Source of the DNA: Macrostomum lignano
Lineage: Eukaryota
Assembly (NCBI GenBank): GCA_002269645.1
Contig: NIVC01000644.1
Span: forward strand, 124,001-188,000
Direction: 5' to 3'
DNA: 64,000 nt
A model generated the notes under the pieces. It had not been told where the DNA came from, ran no database searches, and saw nothing but the letters and a program-made list of their open reading frames with translations. A program made the translations under genes and the position numbers. This document shows positions 49,091 to 62,214 of the stretch, piece after piece. Every line of letters starts with the position of its first letter. Position 1 is the first letter of the stretch.

Positions 49091-50825
49091 CTACTCCACA
49101 TCTCGCAATGGGTTTGGGTGGCAAAGCCGAGGAAATCAAATTGAAGTCCGAGCCACTCCCGGGGAATACTGATGCTATCGACAGTCCCTTTTCTTTTGGT
49201 CCGAAGTCTGACCCATATCCCATCAGTAGATCCCAACCGGTACCGAAAAGTTCTAAGCTTTCTTCAAAACTTCAAAACCACTTCTATTCGAGGGTTCTCG
49301 AGTTCCGGAGAAGTTTGCTAAATCTTCGTTCGTACTTTAGATAGATTGGTTGGAATAGGTTTTGGAATAGGAAATTTGCAGAACACAAAGCATCCATGGA
49401 GACAAATAATATACCCATTTTAAAAAGCGTTGTGATTTCATTCTAAGATTAATGACACAGCTGGCCTTGAGGAAAAAACTCATTCGAATGCTGGGTCCGC
49501 TAGCACTACAGGCTACAACTTGGCAAAGAGAGCTGAATTTCTTCAAATAAGGACATTCGAGGATTCATTCATATTCAGACGCTAAAGTACGAGCGTGCCT
49601 CTTGTCTTGGTTCCTGGCTTACGCATTGCTGCCATGCTCTCATGCATGCATCCATGACCTGGGGAACGGCGGATAACATAAAATATCGCTGCTAGATATT
49701 AAATGAAATTGACTAGTTCCCATGCAGTCTCCCTGACGAAAGGTCCCATCATTACTCGTAGTTGGTTCTTTGTGGGAGTTTGTTCCCGCTTAAGTTTTGA
49801 GAACCTGATCGAGCTCTCGAATGTTTTAATGAGCACACGGTTCAAATTTATGACGAGTTACAGAATGGAAGGAGGAAGCAAAATGCAGTTACAATTGCAT
49901 TGGAAAGCCTCAGAAGTCAGACTGTCAGCGCGCCCAGATCGCCAGAGACAACTTTTTTCCCATAATTGGCTCCCATGCTTCTGTAATAAAAGCGGAGCAC
50001 CGCAGAGAATCCCCCGTGCGGTGCAGTAAAGAAATCCAATTTCGCCCCACAGGACGGCCGCACAACTTGCAGCAACCAGCGCCAGCTCATGGTATGCCGC
50101 TGAGGAAGATACGACCCACCAGATCCCTATTCCCCAAGGAGAGGGAGAGCGGCGCCTTTTCAAAGCGCAAGAAGATTGCCTTTCCGCTACCATGCAGTCC
50201 AGATCGGTTCCCGACGGGGGGGGGGCTTTCAGAGCTTCTGCAGCGACACAGTTGGGGGGTGGTGTTTTCAAAATGAAAGCAAAATAGTCAGCTAAATCTA
50301 TATGTGCACTTCAGGGACTGTTTTCCTTCCTTTTTGTTTTCAATGAAATTATATATTTAGTGGGTTATTTATACAGAATGTTGAGTCCTCCGAATTCTTT
50401 TCCTTGCTGCGTGTTGTTTGACCCCGGAAGCCCGTAATTCCCGAATAAATCACATAGGTAGAATTACAAAACAGATTATTAATGAAATTGGAATTCATCA
50501 ATAAAATCAGGATGTTGTGAAGCCACTGTCATTATTTTCGATTGTACTTTTCGACCAACCGGCTATTCTATCATGGAAAACAGCATAAAGCCACTTTCTT
50601 ACTCCCAAAAAGTCGACATTGTTGTGCAGGGGCTACAATTTAGGGACAATATTGTTTTCAAAAAATTACGCTCGGAGTCAATATTGCTGGCTTCATAAAG
50701 ATAAATTTAAAAGCAGAACGCTTTAGCTCTGAGAAGCAGCTTTCGAAAACCTAAGATACGAGCTATCTATGAGCATCCCAATTGAATCTCGAAATATCAG
50801 CATGTCACATCATTGACTGGTGGTA

Positions 50826-51732
50826 GCTCAGCAACTCCCCTGTGAGCCTTGGCATCTCAGCAACTCCCTGTGAGCCTTGGCATCTCAGCAACTCCCCTGT
50901 GAGCCTTGGCATCTCAGCAACTCCCTGTGAGCCTTGGCATCTCAGCAACTCCCTGTGAGCCTTGGCATCTCAGCAACTCCCCTGTGAGCCTTGGCATCTC
51001 AGCAACTCCCTTGTGAGCCTTGGCATCTCAGCAACTCCCTGTGAGCCTTGGCATCTCAGCAACTCCCTTGTGAGCCTTGGCATCTCAGCAACTCCCTTGT
51101 GAGCCTTGGCATCTCAGCAACTCCCCTGTGAGCCTTGGCATCTCAGCAACTCCCCTGTGAGCCTTGGCATCTCAGCAACTCCCCTGTGAGCTTTGGCATC
51201 TCAGCAACTCCCCTGTGAGCCTTGGCGTCTCAGCAACTCCCCTGTGATCCTTGGCATCTCAGCAACTCCCCTGTGAGCCTTGGCATCTCAGCAACTCCCT
51301 TGTGAGCCTTGGCATCTCAGCAACTCCCCTGTGAGCCTTGGCATCTCAGCAACTCCCTTGTGAGCCTTGGCATCTCAGCAACTCCCCTGTGAGCCTTGGC
51401 ATCTCAGCAACTCCCTTGTGAGCCTTGGCATCTCAGCAACTCCCTTGTGAGCCTTGGCATCTCAGCAACTCCCTGTGAGCCTTGGCATCTCAGCAACTCC
51501 CTTGTGAGCCTTGGCATCTCAGCAACTCCCTTGTGAGCCTTGGCATCTCAGCAACTCCCTTGTGAGCCTTGGCATCTCAGCAACTCCCCTGTGAGCCTTG
51601 GCATCTCAGCAACTCCCCTGTGAGCCTTGGCATCTCAGCAACTCCCCTGTGAGCTTTGGCATCTCAGCAACTCCCCTGTGAGCCTTGGCGTCTCAGCAAC
51701 TCCCCTGTGATCCTTGGCATCTCAGCAACTCT
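50826..51732. repeat. 29-bp minisatellite (CTCAGCAACTCCCCTGTGAGCCTTGGCAT)
   Basis: About 31 copies. Confidence 0.95.
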
Positions 51733-53119
51733 ACAAGTACTACGAAGTATATTTCTACTATGTCATTCTAAGGGAGCATAATCAATTTACAACTGCTAAA
51801 AAACTGAAACCCACATTTAGCTGATATATTCTCTTCGTGGCCTGAACATCCTCTCCAAAGCAGACCCGAACTCGGCTTCCAAAATGCAGCCAATTTTCTG
51901 TCAGCTGCTGCATGGGACGATAAGTCAAAAACTGTACAATTAGCCCTTCTGGAACCAGCAATACATGCACGCGTATGAGGTCAACCTCAGGGAGCATGCA
52001 GGCCGTTTGCTGTGTGAGAGTCGTATATCATATCCCGTCCGTCCTTTAAACCGTGTCTGCGCGTCGCTTCCTTGGGATGCACTTTTAACCGACGCAATAA
52101 CAAAATACCCTTGGCTGTGGTCTGCCCCAGTCTAAATATAATTGGGTGCATCATTTTGAGTTCGAATGGTTTTTAGATCCTTTGTGAAGCTGATCCCTTC
52201 TGAGTTGAGATGTACGAGGGATGTTACAAAAGTTTATAGGCTGAGTTTACTGTTAACGACAAGAATATCCAAATGAGCTTGAAACTTGAAATCACTGTTA
52301 CCATTTTCCCTGCTGTGGACGAGCTGTTGGTTCTCCTTCGATCCATATAGTCAAGAGGAATTTTATGGTCGATGGATTTCAAAATGTGTCCATAAAAGTG
52401 CAAGTTGCTTTGTGCCCCGAACACGACATTCGCCCGACAACTCGTCATTTTCCTCCAACGATATTCAAGCAGCGAGTTGTCTACAGCTATTTATCAATTG
52501 TGAGTTTCCCTCATGCAATCAATTATTTTTATTTGTCATTGAGTCAAACGATACGTCTGAGGACTGCTTGAGTACGGTTCAACAGCATTGCATGCAGTTG
52601 GCTGCTTTGATACGGAAACTTTAGCCTTGCCATACCCTGTAGTTCTTCTCTGTTTATCATAAAGCATGATTAATGAGCTCGATGACATTAAAGCCAAACA
52701 TACAAGGCGTACGAGATGCGTCTTACATGCATTTTGAATACCGAAGAAAAATCTGAAAAAAGCTAAAGAATCAAATCAATACAGCGTAAGAATCCAAGTG
52801 TAATTAAGAAGAACTCAAATTGCACGATCAATTCGTCAGTGCAGAATGTAGATGTACACTCATTGTACAGTTGTGCATGCATTGTACATGTACCCTGTAA
52901 CATCAGGTGTCGGCAAACTGCGACCCTCTCCATCGCGAGCCTCGGGACCTTTGAAGCTTCACAATAGCAATCCAGCACTTCAATACTTATTGTAAATTTA
53001 AATTTTGGTCATTGGATTTTGCAGCCTTGAGTAAATCTGCAGTCAAAGTACATGTAACTGGGCTTCTCAGTACCCAATGATCGCTTGGTCTGACAGCTTT
53101 TGGCTTTGAAGTCGACTTT

Positions 53120-53660
53120 TCACTCAGAGTAGCGAGCGGTCTGGTTCCTGGCGTCGCAAAGATTTGCGGCATCGCCGCGGGCTTGCCTGGGCTGCCTTCT
53201 GTTCTGCCAGGGTAGTCCTGCAGTCCGAGACACTACCTGACCGCCAGAAGGCGGCATTGTCACTGGCAGTGTTCGATAGACTGTCCTGTGGTACAACGCC
53301 GAGACCTGGACGCTGACGGATTCGCTCGAGCAACAAGTTGACGTCGCGCACGCTGGCCTGCTGCGCGCCGCCTTCAAGATCGGTTACGAGCGGGTGACAA
53401 ACGCGGCATATTGTATCACCGCACCGGACTGGTCCGTCCAAGCGAACTGATGCGCCGTCGGCAACTCCAGCTGGCAGGACACATCATCCGTGCCAAGACA
53501 ACTCCCCGCAACTGGTGCAGGAGGTACTGCTGCTGACGCTGCAGGCACCCTACCGCGGCGGGGGCAGATCCGCACTTGGCGTTTTGTCGACTGCCTGCTG
53601 TCTGATGCCAGCGCCGCAGATGCGTGACGTTCATTCGCGACATGGCGCGAGGCTCTAAAG
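53120..53660 (+). mobile_element. 5'-truncated, frameshifted non-LTR retrotransposon (RTE-like) 3' fragment
   Basis: Plus-strand translation across shifts gives GLAWAAF...TVLWYNAETWTLT..LEQQVD.AHAGLLRAAF...RRRQLQLAGHIIR...VQEVLLL...RTWRFVDCLLSD, the typical post-RT C-terminus of RTE-type LINEs. Confidence 0.75.
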
Positions 53661-54242
53661 CAACATACATGTAAATACAGGACGCGACACTCACTTTTCA
53701 TGGAAAAAAGTTTTGAAGGCTATTTTTAGATAAATATTTTGCTGGATACTACCGCTTTTCAATTAAAATTTAGTTATATTGTTTAAACATTCTACACGGC
53801 TAATCGATCCCTTCGAAGAGTTAGAAATGGTGTTTAAGGCACGTAACTAGTTTGAGATAGTAAAGGTATATTTGTTGATGAAAATGGGTTGCCTTAAGAA
53901 AAGTGAAATTTAAAAAAAGTTAAGCCAAATCCGCGAATGCTATTTTATCTTAAAGGGGAATAAATTTCAAAGGTCTCATCGAAAAAATAAATTTCCACGT
54001 GCATCCATTCGATCAAAAATGACAAGAAAAAACAATTTTTGACATTGTTTAGAAAAGTGGCCGTCAATTACAATTTCCATATAGATTTTGAGTGTAATTG
54101 CATCCTTCTATTTTTGTAGTCCTTTAGTATTTAGTCGTCTTGTCTTTATGCTTGTATTAGCTGTAGTCTTAATAAATTAGGCCTCAAGATACTTTTCAGG
54201 GTCTGGTCCCAATCGAGAGGGTTGAAGTGAAGGAATACTCAC

Positions 54243-54290
54243 TTCAGGGTTGGGTATGTTAGCTGATTTTCGATGAGCGTTCTCCGCCAT
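54243..54290 (-). CDS. Candidate first coding exon (MAENAHRKSANIPNPE) of an unidentified gene divergent from SDHA
   Basis: AAATATGGCG start context, 16 sense codons, then a perfect GAA|GTGAGT donor; about 430 bp upstream of the SDHA ATG. No homology recognised. Confidence 0.35.
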
Positions 54291-54720
54291 ATTTGCGTCT
54301 CCGTCCTGGAAAGTTTTTTGAATTGATACTAATTTACACATCAGCTCTAGAAGTGACTGATTCAGAGCTGCATTGACTGGAAACTAGCTCCTAGAAACTA
54401 AAAAATTGTTATTTTTTAATATTAATTGTTTTTCTTATTTCCCTCTGAAAAGTTTAAACTCGGCAAGTTTTCAGTATAACTAAGCATTAATACTAATAGG
54501 CAAAAAAATTCAGTGTTTGTATAACGAAGAACAGTTAGGTGGTAATATTATGTTCTTAATTTTTTTTAAAGTCACTTTTACGTTTAAATTAAAGTTTGAC
54601 TATATTTTGAAATAGGTTTATTTTTACCGTACACACATTTGCCCTTCAAAAATTACTTGGTTTTTGTTCTTCTAAAACAGGTTGTGTACTTTTATTGGCA
54701 ATACGCCTATCAAGTAGAAA

Positions 54721-57700
54721 ATGTTAAAATTAGGGCGAATTTCAAGACTGAGAAATATCGTTGGTTTTAACCAGCGCTTGCATCGCAATGCAACTACCAG
54801 TTCAATAACATCGCAATATCCTGTCATTGACCATGTCTATGATGCTGTAGTCGTTGGAGCTGGTGGCGCTGGTTTGCGTGCTGCTTTCGGACTCGCTAAT
54901 GAAGGATTCAAGACAGCATGCGTAACAAAGCTGTTTCCTACTCGATCCCATACTGTTGCAGCGCAGGGTGGAATCAATGCCGCACTGGGAAACATGGAGG
55001 CTGATGACTGGCGATTCCACATGTATGATACGGTGAAGGGTTCTGACTGGCTAGGTGACCAAGATGCTATTCACTACATGTGCGAGCAGGCGCCCAAGGC
55101 TGTGATCGAGCTGGAAAACTATGGTATGCCATTTAGTCGTTTAGAAAATGGCCGGATTTACCAGCGTGCTTTTGGTGGTCAGAGCATCAACTATGGCCAA
55201 GGAGGCCAGGCCCATCGTTGCTGTGCAGTGGCAGATCGAACTGGACATTCAATGCTGCATACCTTGTATGGCAGGTCATTGAAGTATGGCTGCGACTATT
55301 TTGTTGAGTATTTTGCTCTGGACATTATCTATGAAGATGGAATCTGCAAAGGTGTCATTGCCTTGAATTTGGAAGATGGCACAATTCATAGGTTTCAATC
55401 AAAGAATACTGTTTTGGCTACTGGGTGAGTATTGATACTAGTCATTATTGTTTATTACGTTTGACTTGACTTTGGAATTTGACCTTTGGCTTATACACAG
55501 TAAAAGTTTCGAATTTTTTGGCCTTCTCTTAGCTTTGAAACCAAATTAGGCCTATATAAAGTTATTAAGTATTTAAAAAGTTTAATTAATAGATATTTAC
55601 AATAATTTATAAAAATATTAAAATATCATATATGTAACATTGAATAATAAATATTTTATTTTTCTTATAATTAGCAAATCTAGACTAACTAAAACTAGAA
55701 ATATATGGTCTAGATTCTTTATAATTAAGTATATAATTAATAGTTATATAAGCAAATGATTTTAATCAATTTTAATTTATAATAAAGATAATGTAATAGC
55801 TTCTTACTTATAAACTATGAACTTGTGAACTTTATTGCTTGCATATATAAACATTGTTTTGATTGAATTCTTTCCCAATCTTTCATAACTTACAATCATA
55901 AAAATCCTAAAAATCAATAAAATTTTTTAGACAATAATATTAATACATAGTTCTGTGTTCAAATAAAATGTATAAAATTCATAGTCACACATGGTTTCAC
56001 ACATGGTCTAGTTCCAATCACTCATGAAAAAAATCATAGTTGGTCAATCCTTAGTTTATTTTCTATTTGATCTATTGTAACTCTGATAGCTTATGCTTTT
56101 TATAGCAATATATACTTTTTACTATAGACTCATTAAAACTAGGTTTGCTACTAATTGTTAGATTTTGATTATTTGATTATTTAGTTTATTGCCAAGGGGT
56201 ATTTTTATAGATGGCAATCTTATCTAATAAAAAATTGAATTGATTGGTTCACTAAGGCTCATCAATCTAGTGCACTAAGTGCCTGTAGCAAAGAATTAGC
56301 TAGCTATAGGTTGCTTTTAAAACTTAATTTCATGCTTTTTTCTTCTTAACAATGGAGGGTGAAGCTGCTAAATTTAACTGACTTAATACTCACTTCAGAC
56401 TACTATCAGATATATAAGTAGGAAATTGTTAAATATAAGGTTCAGTTGGAATAACTTGTACTCATAAGACAAAGCAGTCATTCACTTTCCACCTGAACCG
56501 CAGAGGCTATGGTCGGTGCTACTTCTCGTGCACCTCAGCGCACACCTGCACTGGCGATGGCACTGCCATGGTCAGCCGCGCTGGCCTGCCCAACCAGGAC
56601 ATGGAATTTGTCCAGTTCCATCCTACTGGCATCTATGGAGCGGGCTGCCTCATCACCGAGGGCTGCCGTGGCGAAGGCGGCTACTTGGTTAATAGCGAGG
56701 GCGAAAGGTTCATGGAGCGCTACGCTCCTGTTGCCAAGGACTTGGCCAGCCGCGACGTGGTGTCTCGTGCCATGACCATCGAGATTCGCGAGGGCCGCGG
56801 AGTTGGCAAGGACAAGGACCACATCTTCCTGCAGCTGCACCACCTGCCGCCTGAACAGCTGCGCAGCCGCCTGCCGGGCATCTCCGAGACCGCCCACATC
56901 TTTGCCGGGGTGGACGTGACCCGGGAGCCGATCCCTGTGCTGCCCACTGTGCACTACAACATGGGCGGCGTGCCCACCAACTGGCAGGGCCAGGCGAGTT
57001 GCGCCCCATGATTATTCGAATAGCCAGTCTCATTAGATTGATAGCCAGTCTCATTAGATTGATAGCCAGTCTCATTAGATTCATAGCCAGTCTCATTAGA
57101 TTGATAGCCAGTCTCATTAGATTGATAGCCAGTCTCATTAGATTGATAGCCAGTCTCATTAGATTGATAGCCAGTCTCATTAGATTGATAGCCAGTCTCA
57201 TTAGATTGATAGCCAGTCTCATTAGATTGATAGCCAGTCTCATTAGATTGATAGCCAGTCTCATTAGATTGATAGCCAGTCTCATTAGATTCATAGCCAG
57301 TCTCATTAGATTCATAGCTAGTCTCATTAGATTCATAGCCAGTCTCATTAGATTGATAACTAGTCTCATTAGATTGATAGCCAGTCTCATTAGATTGATA
57401 GCCAGTCTCATTAGATTGATAACTAGTCTCATTAGATTGATAGCCAGTCTCATTAGATTGATAGCCAGTCTCATTAGATTGATAGCCAGTCTCATTAGAT
57501 TCATAGCCAGTCTCATTAGATTCATAGCCAGTCTCATTAGATTCATAGCCAGTCTCCTGTCCCCCTCCCGCAGGCCATCACCTACGATGCCCAGAAAGGC
57601 TCCGACGTGGTGATCCCCGGCCTGTACGCCGCTGGCGAGGCCGCCTGCGTGTCGGTGCACGGCGCCAACCGCCTCGGCGCCAACTCTCTGCTGGATCTGG

Positions 57701-58996
57701 TCGTGTTCGGCCGCGCCTGCGCGCACACCATCGCCAAGGAGAACCGGCCTGGGGAGAAGCAGGCGCCTCTCCGCTCCGACTCCGGTGAGGCCTCCGTAGC
57801 CAACATCGACCGGCTGCGCAACGCCAAAGGCGACACCCCAACGGCGCAGCTGCGGCTGGACCTGCAGAAGGCCATGCAGAGCAACGCCGCCGTGTTCCGC
57901 GACGGCCCCACCCTGAAGCGCGGCTGCCAGGAGTTCGACGCGATCTACAAACGGATGGCCGATCTGAAGGTCACCGACCGCAGCCTGATTTGGAACTCCG
58001 ATCTGGTTGAGACGCTGGAGCTGCAGAATCTGATGCTCAATGCTGGACAGGTGAGCCCTTCTCCTTCCCTTAGAATCTCTTCTCAGACTTCGCATCCAGG
58101 TTTCATCTTTCGACTCTTATGTCACCCCTAGCCCTAAATATCATCGCACCTTTTATCTCTAATCTAAAATCATTTATATCATTAACTCTCCCCTTTCCCT
58201 CATTCAAATGACATCCCAACCTCTTTGTTAATCTAATCTTGCCTCTGAAAGCCAAGCTCATCCTCGCTTTTTTTATCCAATTCAATCTAATCTCATTCAT
58301 TCTTCTCAAAGTTTCTCCTTTCTCAATAAAATCTCATCTCATCCTTCTATTCTATTCTCACCTTGTATTACACCTGCCTGTTAAAAACGTTACCATGACA
58401 ATAATCACTAATGAGTCATTGCCAACAGCTGTCTTGTGCCTGTTTAGCGATTCCAACGCGTCTAAGAGGCGACTGCTGCGTCACAAGTGCGTCACGTCCG
58501 TTGTAGAATTGTAATGGGGTCGCGAAAGAGTTGTCTAAGAATCGTTGTGTTGGCGCTTAACTTTCGCTTGAGAGTCGCTTTAGCAGGCCTCACATACGAC
58601 TTTACAGCCCCAGAGTCACTTGCGTCGCCTCAGAGAGTCCGTTTCAGAGTCGCAGGCAATAAACGCTTCAAGGTGATCAATCAAATCTAATCTCAACCGT
58701 GAAACCCAGCCGCTCCCGCCCTCTCAACGCAGACTGTGTACGCTGCCGAGGCCCGCAATGAGTCGCGCGGCGCCCACGCCCGCGAAGACTTCAAAGATCG
58801 AATCGACGAGTTCGACTACACCAAGCCGACCGATGGCCAGACCAAGCGGCCGTTCGAGCAGCACTGGCGCAAGCACACGCTGTGCTTCATGGACGAGGCC
58901 ACCGGCAAGGTGACGCTCAAGTACCGGCCGGTCATTGACAAGACCCTCGACCAGAAGGACTGCCCGACAGTGCCGCCGAAGATTCGGGCTTATTGA
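54721..58996 (+). CDS. SDHA: Succinate dehydrogenase flavoprotein subunit, mitochondrial; exons 54721-55424, 56504-56993, 57574-58050, 58733-58996 (644 aa)
   Basis: Transit peptide, [78 protein letters not shown] and PPKIRAY are all present. Exon lengths sum to 1935 nt (in frame). Intron 2 is GC-AG. Confidence 0.97.
57020..57555. repeat. 21-bp minisatellite (GATAGCCAGTCTCATTAGATT) in SDHA intron 2
   Basis: About 25 copies filling the GC-AG intron. Confidence 0.96.
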
Positions 58997-60544
58997 ACCC
59001 CATCGAGTTTGATTAACTGATTGTTCGATAAAGTTCACTAGCGAACTGATAGCCGCGTACTGTAAGTTGCACTTTCATTGCATATTTGTGCGCGTGTGCG
59101 AGTCCCCTTGTTCCTACTAACCCCTGTTCAGTTTAGTTTGCTACTGTTAGAGTGAAGCATAGCTTATATATATGTAGGTCTGGACAATATTCGTTTAGAA
59201 AATGAAACTTCGTTTATTTATTAGTTTATTAGTTAGCGTGAGTTTTGAACACAGTTTTCATTTTTACTCACTAAATGCTTAGAAGTAGCACTTAAACTGT
59301 CAGCAACTTTGTCCTTGGAATTTGGAATATTCTATGAAACTTTGTGTTACAGTGTGCGATATGCTCCTTTCAGATAGAAACATATTAGTAAAACAAAATA
59401 CGTTGACGAATTTAAATAAAAAATAGACTTTGTTGTTTTAGCTTCATCAAAACCGAACGGCACTGTTGTTGTCGAGACTTTACGTTACTCGTATATTTGT
59501 TTAGATCTAAAAAATTGACTGCCTTCAGCTCTTTTTTGCAGTTTTGACTTGAAGACTTGAGCCTTCCAATGCGAAGCATACAGAAGACAGACTGGCAGAC
59601 CGAGAGGCAGGGGCAGAAAGAGGACAAACGCTCTTGTTTACTTATTCTAAGCTCCTTTAGTAGACGCTGAAAGTTAAGAAATTAATTTTTTCAAACTCCA
59701 GTATGTCCTCGCATGTTATTACTTTCCAGACAGAACGACCTCGAAGAGTCGCTCGGGGTAGCTCGCAGCTTGCCAGACAGAATGACCTCGAAGGTTTCAT
59801 TGTTTTGCATGGTCTGCTGGCTGGCAATTGAATGCTATCCCTGGCTAAGCTACAGTCGGAGAAGGCTGGGAAAAAAGGAGTTATGGGAGAATAGAATTGC
59901 CACTCTTGGTCCAGCTGAGCCGGAAATAGCTTAAACGGTTGCTTTGCGAAGAATTGTGCTCAAAAACGGTGAGGGGTTTGCTTAAAAAAACAACTTACAA
60001 ACTTCATTTCCAATGTGTCTAGTGTCGTTTCCGATGGATGCGTCATTGTGCAGCGCATTTTGCACCTTGATGTAATACGACTACGAGATGAACGTGAACT
60101 TGCCCATCAGGTAAACGGCATGATTTACTGCACTAGATCGAAACTGTCTGTGAACCAACGTAGGCCGCTATCAAACCAAAAAGCAAATCAGTAGATGGTT
60201 TTCAAAATCTACACTCAACGGATCTGGAGCCTGCCGATTTCTTTATTTTTCTGCAGCTGAAGAGCCGTTTTAAGACAAGGTCCGGTGAATTCTTTCCCAA
60301 GGTCTTTCGAGCCAAAGCTATTTTGATGCGACTGACGCCATCCATGCTCAAGCGGTGGAAGAAGCGAGTTGCTACATGTGACGACTATGTTAAGAAGTTT
60401 TATCCATGAGGGGCAAACCATCACTTTCTATGTAGGTTGTCAATTTCGCTAGACTATCAGTGACATTGCGATGCTTTATAAAGCAAATTTTAAATGAAAT
60501 GACCAAAATATGCGAGATTTAATATACTAGGAAGAATGCGCCGC

Positions 60545-60899
60545 GGGGGGCCGTAGCCCAGCGGTAGCGCAGGCTCTGGTGTGCCAGCGACCCAGGCTCG
60601 ATTCCAAGTGCAGTCGCATTAATTTGGGTCTGAATTAGAATCTCGGCTTGGCTCTGCTCGTGCAATTAACGGCCTTGAGAGCCCCCCAAGGCGCAGTGAA
60701 GTGTACATGCCTAACGATAAAAATAAAGTTAGGGCCGCTGTACACTCCTGTGTGAGTGTGTGCCTGCGTACGTATCCGCGCGCTTGTGTGCCTGCTCAGG
60801 GGAGTCGGCGGAATGGGCAGTAATGCCTCTCGCCGGTTGTGTGCCTGTCGCTTAAAGTGCGCCAGGGTGCACACAACCCCCCTGCCTCTAATAATAATA
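60545..60899 (+). mobile_element. Full-length tRNA-derived SINE with (ATA)n tail and 13-bp TSD
   Basis: A box TAGCCCAGCGG, B box GCTCGATTCC, tail ATAATAATA, TSD AAGAATGCGCCGC (60532-60544 and 60900-60912). Confidence 0.88.
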
Positions 60900-62214
60900 A
60901 AGAATGCGCCGCTTCAAAATGACACCAAAGCCCCCTTTTTGCTCTGGGTTTAAGTGTCAGAACTCCAGACACCCCGTGTACTTTTGCGAGATGAGTGCGG
61001 CAATTCAGGCTGCAGTCTGTGGGTTAACTATATCCTCATAGTTGCCCTTGCATGTAATAATATACATGCAAATACATGTGATATATTGCCGTAAAGCATA
61101 TGTGTAGACTAGGCTCTCAGGCACCTGTTTGCGGGAGCTGGACCAAGTGCCCGCGGATGGCGCCATTGATCTCGCTCTTTGTGTCGTCCGCTCACGTTCG
61201 ACCCTGCCTGATGGATAGTTAAATTTCACTTGTGTCTGGCCGAGATTGCGGGTCCACTGCAGAGCTTGGATTAGCAGAGCCAAGCCGTGAAAATATTCGT
61301 AATTATGAGCCTTTGCAGTGAGGACAACAAATCCTGCAGGAGTTTCCAAATCTTTCAACGGCTCCGATCCCCACTGAAGGGATTCAATCTTGAGGTTGTC
61401 TGTTCAAGCGGTGGAGCCAACGTCACTTGGGCTGATCCCCGCTAGCACCCCGTTTAACAACAACAAACAGCACACGCATAGCCTCGATCGGTACGCTTGT
61501 GACAGGTTCCTCAGACAGCTAGGCAGGTTAAAGGCTAGCCAAACTAACAACAATTCATTAAAATCCTTCATCTCATTAATGCAGAAATCGCTAAATCTGA
61601 AACAGAACATACACAGAGTACTGATATACATGAAAAGCCCTTCAGAAATACATGTACTCTTGGCGTAAAGCTTTGTCAAGAGTTGGAAATTGTAAATTAA
61701 GAAATCCGATTAGTTTCGTTTCCTGAAATAAAATAGCACAAACAATTAATAATTTCTTGGAAATTTGCTTGAATAACCACTGCCACACTTTAGGAATCGA
61801 AAGGGTTCGTTATTGAGTTCTGGCTTAATTTATTTCCTTCCTCCATCGCATAATAGTTACGTTGAAGGCTGCGCGCTTCCAAAAAGCGACTGGATGCGAA
61901 TTATCGGGGAGAAAAAAGAAACGTTTGTTCACTTTTACCGAATCAAGGAAAATAATTGTCATAGTTTGTCTGGTCATGTTTCGTATCATCAGCCTCGCAG
62001 AATTAAATTCTGACTTTAACCGTCGGCACCTGAAAGAAAAGAGTAGAAAGGGTCAGCATGCACGAAGTATTTCTAAAATGCTAATAAATAAACTAGTCAC
62101 TTGTTGTGACCTGTCTCTCCGGGCACTTCATCAGTTAGTAGTTTCGCTTTGCAATCAGATTCAAAATATTTTCAACACTCACCCATAAATGTAATTCCAT
62201 AGGGCCTACCTACC

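Noticed and set aside
56999-57613. LIASLIR heptad-repeat ORF resembling a coiled coil or TM protein
   Set aside because: A 21-bp minisatellite inside SDHA intron 2.
61975-62000. CTGATGA...GAAAC hammerhead-like core on the minus strand
   Set aside because: No stem II and no complementary stem I partner downstream.
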